64,000 bases of DNA from Burkholderiaceae bacterium (GTDB lineage: Bacteria > Pseudomonadota > Gammaproteobacteria > Burkholderiales > Burkholderiaceae_F): positions 20,827 through 84,826 of the forward strand of contig DATBCD010000025.1 in the NCBI GenBank assembly GCA_036270655.1, read 5' to 3'. The position numbers and the translations under genes are program-made. The notes below the pieces were generated by a model. That model searched no databases, was not told the origin of the DNA, and worked only from the letters and a program-made list of their open reading frames with translations. The first letter of the stretch is position 1. Every line of letters starts with the position of its first letter. This document shows positions 39,457 to 49,834 of this stretch, in pieces.

Positions 39457-41172
39457 ATGCTCGCCGAACAGCGGCAGGCGATCGCGGAACTGTTGCGCCA
39501 GGCGCTGGGCACAATACGCGCGGCGCCTGCCCCCATCGAACTGGAGCGTCCGAAGCTCCCGGAGCACGGCGATCTGTCGTGCCCGGTGGCGCTCGGTCTG
39601 GCGCGCGAATTGGGGCAGCCCCCACGCAAGATCGCCGAGCAGATCGCGGCCCGCCTGCGCGAGCTGCCTGCAGCCCGCGACCTGCTGGCGGCGGTCGAGG
39701 TGGCCGGACCGGGCTTCATCAACCTGCGCCTGAACGCCGCGGCCAAGCAGGACGTGGCGCGCGCCGTGCTGCGCGAGCGCGGCCGCTTCGGCAGCGGCTC
39801 CGACGGCCAGGGGCGGCGGGTGGTCGTCGAATTCGTCTCCGCCAACCCGACCGGGCCGCTGCATGTGGGGCACGCGCGCCAGGCGGCGCTGGGCGACGCG
39901 CTCGCCAATCTGCTGGCGGCACGCGGCTGGCAGGTGTCGCGCGAGTTCTACTACAACGACGCCGGCGTCCAGATCGACCAGCTGGCCGCCTCGGTGCAGG
40001 CGCGCGCGCGCGAGCTGCGCGGCGAGCCGATCGATCCGGACCTGGTCGGATACCTGGGCGAGTACATCATCGAGATCGCGCGCGCGTTTCTGGCCAGTGC
40101 GACGGTTCAGGCGCGCGATGGCGCCGAGGTGCGGGCCAGCGGCGACCCGGATGACCTGCCGGCGATCCGCCGTTTCGCGGTGGCCTGGCTGCAACGGGAG
40201 CAGGATCTGGACCTCGAGGCGGTGGGCGTGCGCTTCGACCATTTTTACCTGGAGTCGTCGTTGTACGCCGACGGGCGGGTCGAGGAGGTCGTGCGGGTGA
40301 TGGGCGAAGCCGGGCTGACCTACGAGTCGGAGGGAGCGCTGTGGCTGCGCACCACCGCGGTGGAAGGCAGCGCTGACGACAAGGACCGCGTCGTCCGTAA
40401 AGCCGATGGCACCTATACCTACTTCGTGCCCGACGTGGCTTACCACGTGACCAAGCTGCAGCGTGGATACGCCCGGGCGATCAACGTGCAGGGCTCGGAC
40501 CATCATGGCACGGTGGCGCGCGTGCGCGCCGGCCTGCAGGTGGCGGGGCGCGCGATGGGGCTGTCGGTCCCGCCCGATTACCCCGAATACATGCTGCACA
40601 AGATGGTGCGGGTGATGCGCGGCGGGCAGGAAGTGAAGATGTCCAAGCGGGCCGGAACCTTCGTCGCGCTGCGCGATCTGATCGAGTGGGCGGGGCGCGA
40701 TGCCACGCGTTTTTTCCTGGTGTCGCGCAAGGCCGATACCGAGTTCGCATTCGACGTGGACCTGGCGCAGGCGCGCAGCGAGGACAACCCGGTCTATTAC
40801 GTGCAATACGCCCATGCGCGGATCTGCTCGGTGCTGGCCCAGGCGGCTGAGCAGGGCGCGCCGTTCGATGAAGAGGCGGCACTGCAGGCGGACCTGACGC
40901 CGCTCGCTTCCCCGCGCGAGATGGCGCTTCTGGCCCGGCTGAGCGACTTTCCGGACGTGGTGGCCGAAGCGGCCGAGACGCTGGCGCCGCACCAGGTTGC
41001 CTTCTACCTGAGGGAGCTCGCGGCCCAGCTGCACGGGTTTTACAATGCCGAGCGCATTTTGGTGGAAAACTGGGGCGCGCGCGCAGCCCGGCTTGCCCTG
41101 CTGCTTGCGGTGCGCCAGGTCCTTAGAAACGGCCTCGCCCTGATCGGCGTGTCCGCCCCCGAACGGATGTAG
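39457..41172 (+). CDS. argS: arginine--tRNA ligase
   Basis: Start trimmed to ATG 39457. [14 protein letters not shown] (HIGH) and KMSKRAG (KMSK) class-I motifs. C-terminal DALR anticodon-binding domain. Confidence 0.92.
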   Translation: MLAEQRQAIAELLRQALGTIRAAPAPIELERPKLPEHGDLSCPVALGLARELGQPPRKIAEQIAARLRELPAARDLLAAVEVAGPGFINLRLNAAAKQDVARAVLRERGRFGSGSDGQGRRVVVEFVSANPTGPLHVGHARQAALGDALANLLAARGWQVSREFYYNDAGVQIDQLAASVQARARELRGEPIDPDLVGYLGEYIIEIARAFLASATVQARDGAEVRASGDPDDLPAIRRFAVAWLQREQDLDLEAVGVRFDHFYLESSLYADGRVEEVVRVMGEAGLTYESEGALWLRTTAVEGSADDKDRVVRKADGTYTYFVPDVAYHVTKLQRGYARAINVQGSDHHGTVARVRAGLQVAGRAMGLSVPPDYPEYMLHKMVRVMRGGQEVKMSKRAGTFVALRDLIEWAGRDATRFFLVSRKADTEFAFDVDLAQARSEDNPVYYVQYAHARICSVLAQAAEQGAPFDEEAALQADLTPLASPREMALLARLSDFPDVVAEAAETLAPHQVAFYLRELAAQLHGFYNAERILVENWGARAARLALLLAVRQVLRNGLALIGVSAPERM

Positions 41173-41175
41173 AAC

Positions 41176-41739
41176 ATGGCTGTCGTCACCTGGTCTGATC
41201 GCGCGGTCGTCGGCTTCCTGTCGGGGCTCGTCGTGGGCCTGGCGGTGTCGACGGCCGCGGCGCTTTACATCACGAACTCTCCGGTGCCTTTCATCAACAA
41301 GGTGCAACGGGCCACCGCGAACGTGAACCCGGCGGCCGGCGGCCAGCTGCCGGATCCGAATAAGCCGCTCTACTCGAACCGGGCCGTGCTGCCCGCCTTG
41401 CCCGACCCCGCGCACAATGCCGCGCCGGCCCCGATCGAGGACAAATCCGCTCCCGCTGCGGGCGCGGCGCCTGCGACGGTGGCAACCGCCGCCGACAGTG
41501 GCGCACGGGTGATGCTGCAGGCCGGCGCCTTCAAGTCCGCCCAGGACGCCGACTCGATGCGGGCGCGGCTCGCGCTGCTCGGACTGGATGCGCGTGTCTC
41601 GCAGGTCACGCAGGACGGCGGTGCGACCGTCCTTTACCGGGTACGCATCGGCCCGTACCGCGAGCTCGACGACCTGTCGGGAATTCGTCGCACGCTGGCG
41701 GAAAACGGGATCGAGGCGCAGGTCGTGCACACTCCATGA
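41176..41739 (+). CDS. SPOR domain-containing cell-division protein
   Basis: N-terminal TM, Pro/Ala linker, C-terminal SPOR (VMLQAGAFKSAQDADSMRARLALLGLDARV...YRVRIGPY). Confidence 0.8.
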   Translation: MAVVTWSDRAVVGFLSGLVVGLAVSTAAALYITNSPVPFINKVQRATANVNPAAGGQLPDPNKPLYSNRAVLPALPDPAHNAAPAPIEDKSAPAAGAAPATVATAADSGARVMLQAGAFKSAQDADSMRARLALLGLDARVSQVTQDGGATVLYRVRIGPYRELDDLSGIRRTLAENGIEAQVVHTP

Positions 41740-41818
41740 TTGCAGGGTGCGTCAGCCGCCCCGGATCGAGGCGCGTTAAGCCAGTCGAACAACAGGATTC
41801 CATCAACCCGAGGTCACC

Positions 41819-42487
41819 ATGTTTGTTTCGTATTCGCGTCGTGACGTTCTGATCGGTCTGTGTTGCGCGTCGTTGACGCCGCTGGCCGCCCGTGCCCAGG
41901 GCGCCTCGGCTCCGCAGCCTGGCACCGATTACATCGTGCTGGATCGCCCGCAGCCGCCGCTGGAGGCCACCGACAAGATCGAGGTGGTGGACTTCTTCGG
42001 CTATTGGTGCCCGCACTGCTTCGAGTTCGTCGGCGAGCTGGAAGCGTGGCGCAAGCGCCTGCCGGCCGACGTGGCCTACCGCCATGTCCCGGTCGCGTTC
42101 AATCCGACGGAAAACCCGCTGTCGATGACGTTTTACGCGCTGCAGACGCTCGACCGCCTCGAAGACATGCACCTCAAGGTGTTCAAGGCCATTCACGTCG
42201 AAAAGAAGAAGCTGTTCGACGCGAACGACATCGCCGATTTCATGGCCGCCAACGGCATCGATCGAGCCAAATGGCTGTCGGTGTACAACTCGTTTTCGGT
42301 TGCCTCGGCGGTCTCCCGCGCCAACCAGATCTGGCAGGCCTATCGAATCGACGGCACGCCGACGCTCGCTTGCGACGGCCGCTACCTGACCTCGCCATCG
42401 ATCGCGCGCAACCGAGGCAGTGCCGGCGCGCTGGCGGTCATGGACTATCTGCTGGAGCTCGCTCGACGCGAGCACAAGAAGAAGTAG
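41819..42487 (+). CDS. dsbA: thiol:disulfide interchange protein DsbA
   Basis: Signal peptide. FFGYWCPHCFEF active-site CPHC. Confidence 0.9.
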   Translation: MFVSYSRRDVLIGLCCASLTPLAARAQGASAPQPGTDYIVLDRPQPPLEATDKIEVVDFFGYWCPHCFEFVGELEAWRKRLPADVAYRHVPVAFNPTENPLSMTFYALQTLDRLEDMHLKVFKAIHVEKKKLFDANDIADFMAANGIDRAKWLSVYNSFSVASAVSRANQIWQAYRIDGTPTLACDGRYLTSPSIARNRGSAGALAVMDYLLELARREHKKK

Positions 42488-42506
42488 CCAAGGCGGCTAC
42501 GGTCAC

Positions 42507-43286
42507 TTGAACGTCTTTATCACCGGTGCCTCGAGCGGAATCGGCGCGGCGCTGGCGCGCGAGTTCGCGGCGCGCGGAGCGACGCTGGGGTTGCTGGCGC
42601 GGCGCGCCGATGCCCTGGACGGCCTGATCGCGCAACTGCCGCCCGGCAGTCACCGCCGTTACGCGCTCGACGTCACCGATCGGGCCCGTCTGCTCCAGGC
42701 CGCCCGCGAGTTCGAGCAGGCCAGCGGCGGGGTCGACGTCGTGATCGCCAACGCCGGCATCTCGGCCGGAACGCTGACCGAATGCGCCGAGGACCTGCCG
42801 GTGTTCGAACGCATTGTCGCCACCAACCTTCTGGCGGCGATCGACACATTTCACCCGTTCGTGACGCCGATGCGCCAGCGCGGACGGGGCACTCTGGCAG
42901 CCATCGCCAGCGTGGCCGGCGTGCGGGGACTGCCTGGAGCCGGCGCCTACTGCGCATCCAAGGCAGCGCTGATCAGCTACTGCGAGAGCTTGCGCGTGGA
43001 GTTGCGTGGCAGCGGCGTGCGCGTGGTGACGATCGCGCCCGGTTTCGTCGACACTCCCATGACCGCAGGCAATCCCTACCGGATGCCGTTCCTGATGCCT
43101 GCCGAGTCCTTCGCGCGTCAGGCCGCGCAGGCGATCGTGCAGGGAGCCAGCTACCGGGTCATCCCGTGGCAGATGGCCTGGCTCGCGCGCCTGCTGCGCG
43201 GCGTGCCGAACTGGGCCTTCGACCGGATCGTGCAAAAGCGCGGGCGCAAGCCGCGCGCCGGCTCGCGGGCCTCGTCAACCGGCTAG
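42507..43286 (+). CDS. SDR family oxidoreductase
   Basis: TTG 42507 inferred (LNVFITGASSGIGAALA = TGxxxGxG). YCASKAA (YxxxK). Confidence 0.8.
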   Translation: MNVFITGASSGIGAALAREFAARGATLGLLARRADALDGLIAQLPPGSHRRYALDVTDRARLLQAAREFEQASGGVDVVIANAGISAGTLTECAEDLPVFERIVATNLLAAIDTFHPFVTPMRQRGRGTLAAIASVAGVRGLPGAGAYCASKAALISYCESLRVELRGSGVRVVTIAPGFVDTPMTAGNPYRMPFLMPAESFARQAAQAIVQGASYRVIPWQMAWLARLLRGVPNWAFDRIVQKRGRKPRAGSRASSTG

Positions 43287-43963
43287 TCGTATAGGCTTTT
43301 TCCGAAGCGGTCGATGCGAGGCATCCAATTGTCCGTGATGGCCGCCGATACAAGGACCCGGCTTGCTCGGCCGATCAGCAGATCGCGCGGGATCAGCCCG
43401 AGAAATCGGGAATCGAAGCTGTTGTCGCGGTTGTCTCCGAGCACCAGATACCGGTCCGGCGGGATCACGATGGGACCGAACGACGCTGCATTGCCGGTTC
43501 CGTCCAGCCACTGGATCGGGTAAGGATGATCGCCGAGCTCCTCCCGGACCCGGACCGATGGCCACCGGCGGCCGTCGCCGGCGTCCTCGCTGACGACGCC
43601 GATCAGCGCGTATTCGACCTGGCGGCCGTTGATCAGGAGCTGCTTGTTTTTCATTGTGACGATATCGCCGGGCAGCCCGACCACGCGCTTGATCAGTCGA
43701 ACGCGATCCTTCGGTGAAAAAAAAGTGACGATGTCGCCGTGCCTGGGCTCTCCAAGGCGGGCCAGCACGATGTCGGTCAGCGGCAGCTTCAAGTTGTAGG
43801 CGAGGCGGTTGACCAGCACGACATCGCCTTCCAGCAGATTCGGCCGCATCGACCCCGAGGGAATCACGTTGTAATCGGCCACGGCGGTCCGAACCAGGCC
43901 GAACAGGAGCAGGAAGGCAAGAAAGCCGCGGTTGCTGCGAATTAACGATCGAATGCTGCGCAC
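43283..43963 (-). CDS. signal peptidase I (S26 family), short paralogue
   Basis: PSGSMRPNL (catalytic Ser box), GDNRDNSFDSRF box E. 226 aa. Confidence 0.85.
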   Translation of the reverse strand: MRSIRSLIRSNRGFLAFLLLFGLVRTAVADYNVIPSGSMRPNLLEGDVVLVNRLAYNLKLPLTDIVLARLGEPRHGDIVTFFSPKDRVRLIKRVVGLPGDIVTMKNKQLLINGRQVEYALIGVVSEDAGDGRRWPSVRVREELGDHPYPIQWLDGTGNAASFGPIVIPPDRYLVLGDNRDNSFDSRFLGLIPRDLLIGRASRVLVSAAITDNWMPRIDRFGKSLYD

Positions 43964-44122
43964 GGTGCCCCCTTTGCGTCGGGTCGGTCGATGATGACTC
44001 TAGACCATCGGGCTCGTCCGGAGTTCATCGCCTCGACTCCTCCGGATTGAGGCGCCGCAATGGTCAGGGTCGGCGATCGTACGCGATAAAATCCATCATC
44101 AGCATGCTGATGCCGACGCCCG

Positions 44123-44494
44123 ATGCTCGCCGACTCGGTGCTCGCGGTCCATTGCGCGATCGTGATCTTCATTACGGCCGGCTTGCCGCTGATCTGGATC
44201 GGCGCCGCGCTGCGCTGGTCCTGGATCCGGATCCGCTGGCTGCGCGCGCTGCACCTGGCAGCGATCGGTTTCGTCGCGCTGGAGTCGCTGGCCGGCGTCG
44301 CCTGCCCGCTCACGGTGTGGGAAGCCGTGTTGCGACACCGGCAGGCCCCGGAAGGATTCGTGCAGCAGTGGGTCGAGCGCGCGCTGTACTACGACCTCCC
44401 GGCCTGGGTATTCACCCTGGCCTACACGGTCTTTGCCGCCGCCGTGGTCGCGACCTGGCTGGCCGTTCCGCCGCGACCGTCGGCGCGCGCCTGA
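44123..44494 (+). CDS. DUF2784-like small membrane protein
   Basis: 123 aa, 3-4 TM. ...ALESLAGVACPLTVWE... resembles DUF2784. Confidence 0.55.
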   Translation: MLADSVLAVHCAIVIFITAGLPLIWIGAALRWSWIRIRWLRALHLAAIGFVALESLAGVACPLTVWEAVLRHRQAPEGFVQQWVERALYYDLPAWVFTLAYTVFAAAVVATWLAVPPRPSARA

Positions 44495-44504
44495 CCCGCG
44501 CCGC

Positions 44505-45065
44505 TTACCGGTCGATCCGCGTGATCTTCGAGCCTTCCAGCGTCAGGTTGGCCATCAGGCCCTTGTTGTTGAAGACGAAGCCGATGATCGGCTTTTTCAT
44601 GGTCTCCGTGTCGATCGCGTCGCCCGCTCCCAGGTTCGCGAGCGCCACCGACCCGTCGACCCCTGCCTTCCAGCCCTGGCTCTCGCGGAATTTGGTCAGC
44701 GCCTCGGCCGTCATGAACAGGAGCACGACGCTTTTCTCCTGGACTCCAATCTGCAGGCCCAACGAGCCCGACGCGATGCTGTAGTAGGCGGCGGTCTTGC
44801 CGCCGACCAGCAGCGCGCCCTCGCCGTATTCGGCGCCGACGACGAATCCGCCTTTGACAACGGTGGGGAACACCAGCATCCCGGCCGATTTGGCGGCCAG
44901 GTCCTTGGCCGCCGAGCTGGTCTTGTACAGGTTTTCGATCGTCTGGCGCACGTGAGCGTCGATCTCCGCTGAGGCGCCCGCCACCGGCGCCGACGAAAAC
45001 AAGAAACCGGACAGCACCAGCGCCGCGATCGCGGCTCTGTTGAAGCTACCTGCCATCGTCCTCAT
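44505..45065 (-). CDS. SYLF (Ysc84/DUF500) lipid-binding domain protein, secreted
   Basis: Signal peptide. GMLVFPTVVKGGFVVGAEYGEGAL...SLGLQIGVQEKSVVLLFMT...GFVFNNKGLMANLTLEGSKI. Confidence 0.75.
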   Translation of the reverse strand: MRTMAGSFNRAAIAALVLSGFLFSSAPVAGASAEIDAHVRQTIENLYKTSSAAKDLAAKSAGMLVFPTVVKGGFVVGAEYGEGALLVGGKTAAYYSIASGSLGLQIGVQEKSVVLLFMTAEALTKFRESQGWKAGVDGSVALANLGAGDAIDTETMKKPIIGFVFNNKGLMANLTLEGSKITRIDR

Positions 45066-45099
45066 GTGGGCATCTCCTCGGTTGAATCGAACTCGGTGC

Positions 45100-46293
45100 T
45101 CAACCCGCGCGCAGCCGCTCGAAGCCCGCGCGCAGATCGGCGATCAGGTCGTCGGCGTCCTCCAGTCCTGCGCTGATCCGGAACATCGGCCCCGACGGCG
45201 GCAGCGGCTCGACCGACCGCTCGGGGCGGGACGGGACCAGCAGGCTTTCGAATCCGCCCCACGAGAAGCCGCGGCCGAACAGGCGCAGCCCGTCGATCAT
45301 CGCCTCGAGCGCCCGCTGCCTGACGTGCGGCGCCAGCACCACTCCGAACAGGCCGCTGGCGCCGCGAAAGTCGCGGCGCCACAGCGCGTAGCCCGGATCC
45401 TCCGGCAGCGCGGGATAAAGCACGCGCGCCACCTCGGGCTGCTCGCGCAGCCACTGGATCAGCCGCTGCGCGATTTCGCGGTGGCGCGCCAGCCGCGCCG
45501 CCAGCGAGCGCAGGCCCCGCAACGCCAGCCAGCAGTCGTCCGGGCTGGCATTCAGTCCGAATTCATGGATCGCGTCGCGCAGCGCCGGCCACGCCGCCTG
45601 GTTGGCGGTCACGGTGCCCATCAGCAGGTCCGAGTGGCCGCCGATGTATTTGGTGGCCGCGTGCACCGAGACGTCGACGCCCAGGGCCAGCGGCTGCAGG
45701 TAAAGCGGCGTGGCCCACGTATTGTCGATCACGCTGACCGCGCCATGGTTGCGCGCGATTTGCGCCAGCAGCGGCACATCCTGCACCTCGAAGGTCAACG
45801 AGCCCGGCGACTCCATGAACAGCAACCGGGTGTTGGGGCGGAACTGCTGCCCGATTTCGGCGCCGATGCGCGGCGGGTAAAAGCTCGCTTCGACGCCGTA
45901 GCGCGCCAGCGTGTGCTGGCAGAAGCGGCGCGTCGGCGAGTAGGCCGAATCGGGCACCAGCACGTGGTCGCCCTGCCGCACGTACGCCAGGATCGAGATC
46001 GTGCAGGCGGTCAGCCCCGACGGCAGGGCCCAGCTGGCGTGGCCGCCCTCGAGCGCGGTCAGCGCGTCGCAGAAGGCGTGGTGGGTCGGCGTGCCGAAGC
46101 GGCCGTAGCTCACCGGCATCGAGTCGTCGCCGTGCGCCCGGCGCACGGCCCGCTGCCGCATGTCGTCCACGCTCGGGTGCAGCACCGTGGAGCCGCGCAC
46201 CAGCGGTGGATTGACGAAGCCGAAGCCCTCCACGCTGTCACGGCCCACCGTGGTCAGTCGCGTTTCCGGCTGCAGATCCGATTCGTCAGACAT
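45100..46293 (-). CDS. metC: cystathionine beta-lyase (PLP-dependent)
   Basis: TRLTTVGRD..., SVHAATKYIGGHSD (PLP-Lys), C-terminal ...FRISAGLEDADDLIADL. Confidence 0.85.
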   Translation of the reverse strand: MSDESDLQPETRLTTVGRDSVEGFGFVNPPLVRGSTVLHPSVDDMRQRAVRRAHGDDSMPVSYGRFGTPTHHAFCDALTALEGGHASWALPSGLTACTISILAYVRQGDHVLVPDSAYSPTRRFCQHTLARYGVEASFYPPRIGAEIGQQFRPNTRLLFMESPGSLTFEVQDVPLLAQIARNHGAVSVIDNTWATPLYLQPLALGVDVSVHAATKYIGGHSDLLMGTVTANQAAWPALRDAIHEFGLNASPDDCWLALRGLRSLAARLARHREIAQRLIQWLREQPEVARVLYPALPEDPGYALWRRDFRGASGLFGVVLAPHVRQRALEAMIDGLRLFGRGFSWGGFESLLVPSRPERSVEPLPPSGPMFRISAGLEDADDLIADLRAGFERLRAG

Positions 46294-46661
46294 GGCTGAA
46301 TCGGAAGAGGCCGGCGGCGCCGGGCTCGGGCGCCGAGGTCCAGGGAAAGTCCAGCTCGTGTTCGGCCGAAGTCACGCAGAGCTCAGGTTGGGCCACCGTC
46401 GGGCGGCCGGTGGGCGGGGCTTGCGCAGATTGTAGTACGCGCACCCCGCGTCCAAGGCAGCGAGGTACCATCGGGAACTGCGCACGGGCCATGAAACACT
46501 GTGCGCAAATGCGACGCTTGTGAAGGCCGCGGGGGGTGCTCGAGGGGGGTCGCAGACACCCCTCGAGGCTTATCCTCCCGCTTTTCGGTCCCGAAGCTGT
46601 CGCTCGCCGCAAGAGTTGAGGCCTGTCGAAGCTGGGGTTCACTGCAGGGAGGCAGACGGAG

Positions 46662-47840
46662 ATGTCGACGGCGGGCCTGGACTTCGACCTGGGCGAGGAC
46701 ATCGACTCGCTGCGCGAGGCGGTGCGCGCCTTCGCACAACGCGAGATCGCGCCGCTGGCGGCCGAGACCGACCGCAGCGACAGCTTTCCGATGGCGTTGT
46801 GGCCGCGTCTCGGAGAGCTCGGCGTGCTGGGCATTACGGTCGAGGAAGAGCTCGGCGGCAGCGGCATGGGTTACCTGGCCCACATGGTCGCGATGGAGGA
46901 GATCAGCCGGGCGTCGGCCTCGATCGGACTGTCGTACGGCGCGCACTCGAACCTGTGCGTGAACCAGATCCGGCGCAACGGCAACGCCGCGCAAAAGCGC
47001 CGCTATCTGCCCAAGCTCGTGCGCGGCGAGCACGTGGGCGCCCTGGCCATGAGCGAATCGGAATCCGGATCCGACGTGGTGTCGATGCGCCTGCGGGCGC
47101 AGCAGCGGGGCGGCTTTTACCTGTTGAACGGGACGAAGATGTGGATCACCAACGGGCCGGACGCCGATACGCTGGTGGTGTACGCGAAGACCGACCCCGA
47201 CAAGGGCGCCGGCGGCATCACCGCGTTCATCGTCGAAAAGGGCATGCGGGGATTTTCGGTGGGCCGCAAGCTGGACAAGCTGGGAATGCGCGGATCCCAC
47301 ACCGGCGAACTGGTGTTCCGCGACTGTGAGGTGCCGGCCGAAAACGTCCTGGGCGAAATCGATCAAGGCGTGCGCGTGCTGATGAGTGGCCTCGACTACG
47401 AACGGGCGGTGCTGGCAGCCGGACCGCTGGGCATCATGCAGTCGTGCATGGACGTGGTTACGCCGTACATCCACGAACGGCGCCAGTTCGGTCAGCCGAT
47501 CGGCGAGTTCCAGCTGATTCAGGGCAAGGTTGCCGACATGCTGACCACGCTGTCGGCGTGCCGCGCCTACGTGTACGCGGTCGGCCGCTGCCTGGACCGC
47601 CTCGGCGGCGGTCACGTGCGCAGCGTGCGCAAGGATTGCGCCGGTGCGATCCTGTTTGCGTCCGAGCGGGCGACCTGGATGGCGGGGGAGGCGATCCAGG
47701 TTCTGGGCGGCAACGGCTACATCAACGACTATCCGGCCGGCCGCCTGTGGCGCGACGCCAAGCTGTACGAGATCGGGGCCGGCACCTCGGAGATCCGCCG
47801 GATGCTGATCGGGCGCGAATATTTCGGAGAAACGTCCTGA
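46662..47840 (+). CDS. liuA: isovaleryl-CoA dehydrogenase
   Basis: Acyl-CoA dehydrogenase with [47 protein letters not shown] and [13 protein letters not shown], typical of IVD. Confidence 0.88.
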   Translation: MSTAGLDFDLGEDIDSLREAVRAFAQREIAPLAAETDRSDSFPMALWPRLGELGVLGITVEEELGGSGMGYLAHMVAMEEISRASASIGLSYGAHSNLCVNQIRRNGNAAQKRRYLPKLVRGEHVGALAMSESESGSDVVSMRLRAQQRGGFYLLNGTKMWITNGPDADTLVVYAKTDPDKGAGGITAFIVEKGMRGFSVGRKLDKLGMRGSHTGELVFRDCEVPAENVLGEIDQGVRVLMSGLDYERAVLAAGPLGIMQSCMDVVTPYIHERRQFGQPIGEFQLIQGKVADMLTTLSACRAYVYAVGRCLDRLGGGHVRSVRKDCAGAILFASERATWMAGEAIQVLGGNGYINDYPAGRLWRDAKLYEIGAGTSEIRRMLIGREYFGETS

Positions 47841-47845
47841 CGGCC

Positions 47846-49819
47846 ATGTTGAGGGAGAAGTTGCCCGGGGACGTGCCGACCGTCGATCCGATCGACGAGC
47901 CGGCCGCCGCCCAGGTCGCAACGGCGGACGTGCCGGCGCGCTTTGACCGCTCGATGCCGCAGCCGGCCGCGATCGCCCACGCGATCCTGGAAGGATTCGA
48001 CCTGCACTACCGCCGCTTCCGCTACGTGGCGCAGCAGGCCAAGGCCCGCTTCGAGACGGGCGACTGGCACGGCATGCGGGCCTCCGCGCGAGAGCGGATC
48101 GACTTCTATGACCGGCGGGTGCTGGACGCGGTGGATCGCATCCAGCGCGACTTCGATCTGGAATCGCTGTCCGACCACGAGCGCGACGCGCTGTGGCAGG
48201 CGGTCAAGCAGCAATACGTTGCCGCCCTGGCGCGGCACCGCCAGCCCGAATGCGCCGAGACCTTCTTCAATTCGGTGTGCGCGAAGCTGCTGAACAGGCT
48301 GTACTTCAACAATGCGTTCATCTTCGTGCGCCCGGGCGTCGCGACCGACTATATGGATTCGGACCCGCCGTCGTACCGCAGCTACTACCCGGCCAGCGCG
48401 GGCCTGCACAACACGCTGCGGCAGATCGTGATCGACATCGGACTGGCCTCGCCGTTCGTCGATATCGAGCGCGATATCAGGCTGGTGATCCGCGCGATCT
48501 GCGAGGCCCATCGGACCGCGGGCGTGGCCCCGGCCTTGAGCCGCCCGTTCCACGTCGAGCAGGATTGCCAGATCCAGGTCCTGTCGAACCTGTTCTACCG
48601 TAACAAGGGCGCTTACCTGGTGGGGCGCTTCCTGAACGGTTCCCGCATCATGCCGATTGCAGTGCCGTTCCTGCGCAATGCCCGCGGCGAGATCTACATC
48701 GACACGCTGCTGCTGTCGGCCGATACGGTCGCGACCCTGTTTTCCTTCGCCCGCGCGTACTTCCTGGTCGACATGGAGGCCCCGTCGGCCTATATCGAGT
48801 TCCTGCGGTCGATCCTTCCACACAAGCCGCCCAGCGAGCTGTACACGATGGTGGGCCTGCAGAAGCAGGGCAAGACGCTCTTTTACCGCGATTTCCTGCA
48901 CCATCTGCGGCATTCCAGCGACTCGTTCCAGATCGCGCCGGGCATCCGGGGTCTGGTGATGACGGTGTTCACGCTGCCCTCGTACCCGTACGTCTTCAAG
49001 GTGATACGCGACCTGATCGCGCAGCCGAAGGAAACGGATCGCGCGCAGGTGATGTCCAAGTACCGCCTGGTCAAGATCCACGACCGGGTAGGCCGGATGT
49101 CCGATACCTGGGAGTACTCGCTGGTCGCGCTGCCCCGGCGGCGCTTCTCGCCCGAGCTCATCCGGGAGCTGCTGGCCTATTGCCCGGCCGTGGTCGAGGT
49201 CGACGATCAGACCGTGCTGATCAAGCACGTTTACATCGAACGGCGGATGATCCCCTTGAACATGTTCCTGCTGCATGCGACCGATGGCGAGGTCGACCAT
49301 GCAATCCGGGAGTACGGCCAGGCGATCAAGGACCTGGCGGCTGCCAATATCTTCCCCGGCGACATGCTGTTCAAGAATTTCGGCGTCACGCGCCTGAACC
49401 GCGTCGTGTTCTACGATTACGACGAGATCGAATACATGGTCGATTGCAATTTCCGCAGCATCCCGCAGGCGCCCAACGAGGAGGCCGAAATGTCCGGCGA
49501 TCCGTGGTACCCGGTCGGCCCGCGCGACGTGTTCCCCGAGCAGTTCGGCCCCTTTCTTCTGGGCGACGCGCGGATCCGTGCAGCGTTCATGAAATACCAC
49601 GCCGACCTGCTGACCGCGCAATTCTGGCAGCGTCGCAAGGAACGCATTCTGCAGGGCGTGCTGGAAGACATCTTCCCGTATTCGCAGGACCGGCGCTTCC
49701 AGAACCGCTATCTGGCCCCACAGCAGGCGGAAGAGCGCAGCTCGTCCCCTCTGCCGCCCAGCGGGACAGGGCTGCGGAGCGCAACTAATCCCCTCTCCCG
49801 CGCAGCAGGAGAGGGCTAG
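47846..49819 (+). CDS. aceK: isocitrate dehydrogenase kinase/phosphatase
   Basis: AIAHAILEGFDLHYRRFRYVAQQAKARFETGDWHG aligns with the E. coli AceK N-terminus. ATG 47846 lies 5 nt after the liuA stop. Alternative ATG 47954. The last ~11 codons and the TAG stop lie in a REP element. Confidence 0.85.
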   Translation: MLREKLPGDVPTVDPIDEPAAAQVATADVPARFDRSMPQPAAIAHAILEGFDLHYRRFRYVAQQAKARFETGDWHGMRASARERIDFYDRRVLDAVDRIQRDFDLESLSDHERDALWQAVKQQYVAALARHRQPECAETFFNSVCAKLLNRLYFNNAFIFVRPGVATDYMDSDPPSYRSYYPASAGLHNTLRQIVIDIGLASPFVDIERDIRLVIRAICEAHRTAGVAPALSRPFHVEQDCQIQVLSNLFYRNKGAYLVGRFLNGSRIMPIAVPFLRNARGEIYIDTLLLSADTVATLFSFARAYFLVDMEAPSAYIEFLRSILPHKPPSELYTMVGLQKQGKTLFYRDFLHHLRHSSDSFQIAPGIRGLVMTVFTLPSYPYVFKVIRDLIAQPKETDRAQVMSKYRLVKIHDRVGRMSDTWEYSLVALPRRRFSPELIRELLAYCPAVVEVDDQTVLIKHVYIERRMIPLNMFLLHATDGEVDHAIREYGQAIKDLAAANIFPGDMLFKNFGVTRLNRVVFYDYDEIEYMVDCNFRSIPQAPNEEAEMSGDPWYPVGPRDVFPEQFGPFLLGDARIRAAFMKYHADLLTAQFWQRRKERILQGVLEDIFPYSQDRRFQNRYLAPQQAEERSSSPLPPSGTGLRSATNPLSRAAGEG

Positions 49820-49830
49820 GGAGAGGGTGA
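49787..49830 (+). repeat. REP-like palindromic element
   Basis: AATC-CCCTCTCC-cgcgcagca-GGAGAGGG-CTAGGGAGAGGGTGA. Same family as 17966, 60408 and 6488(-). Confidence 0.7.
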
Positions 49831-49834
49831 GCGC

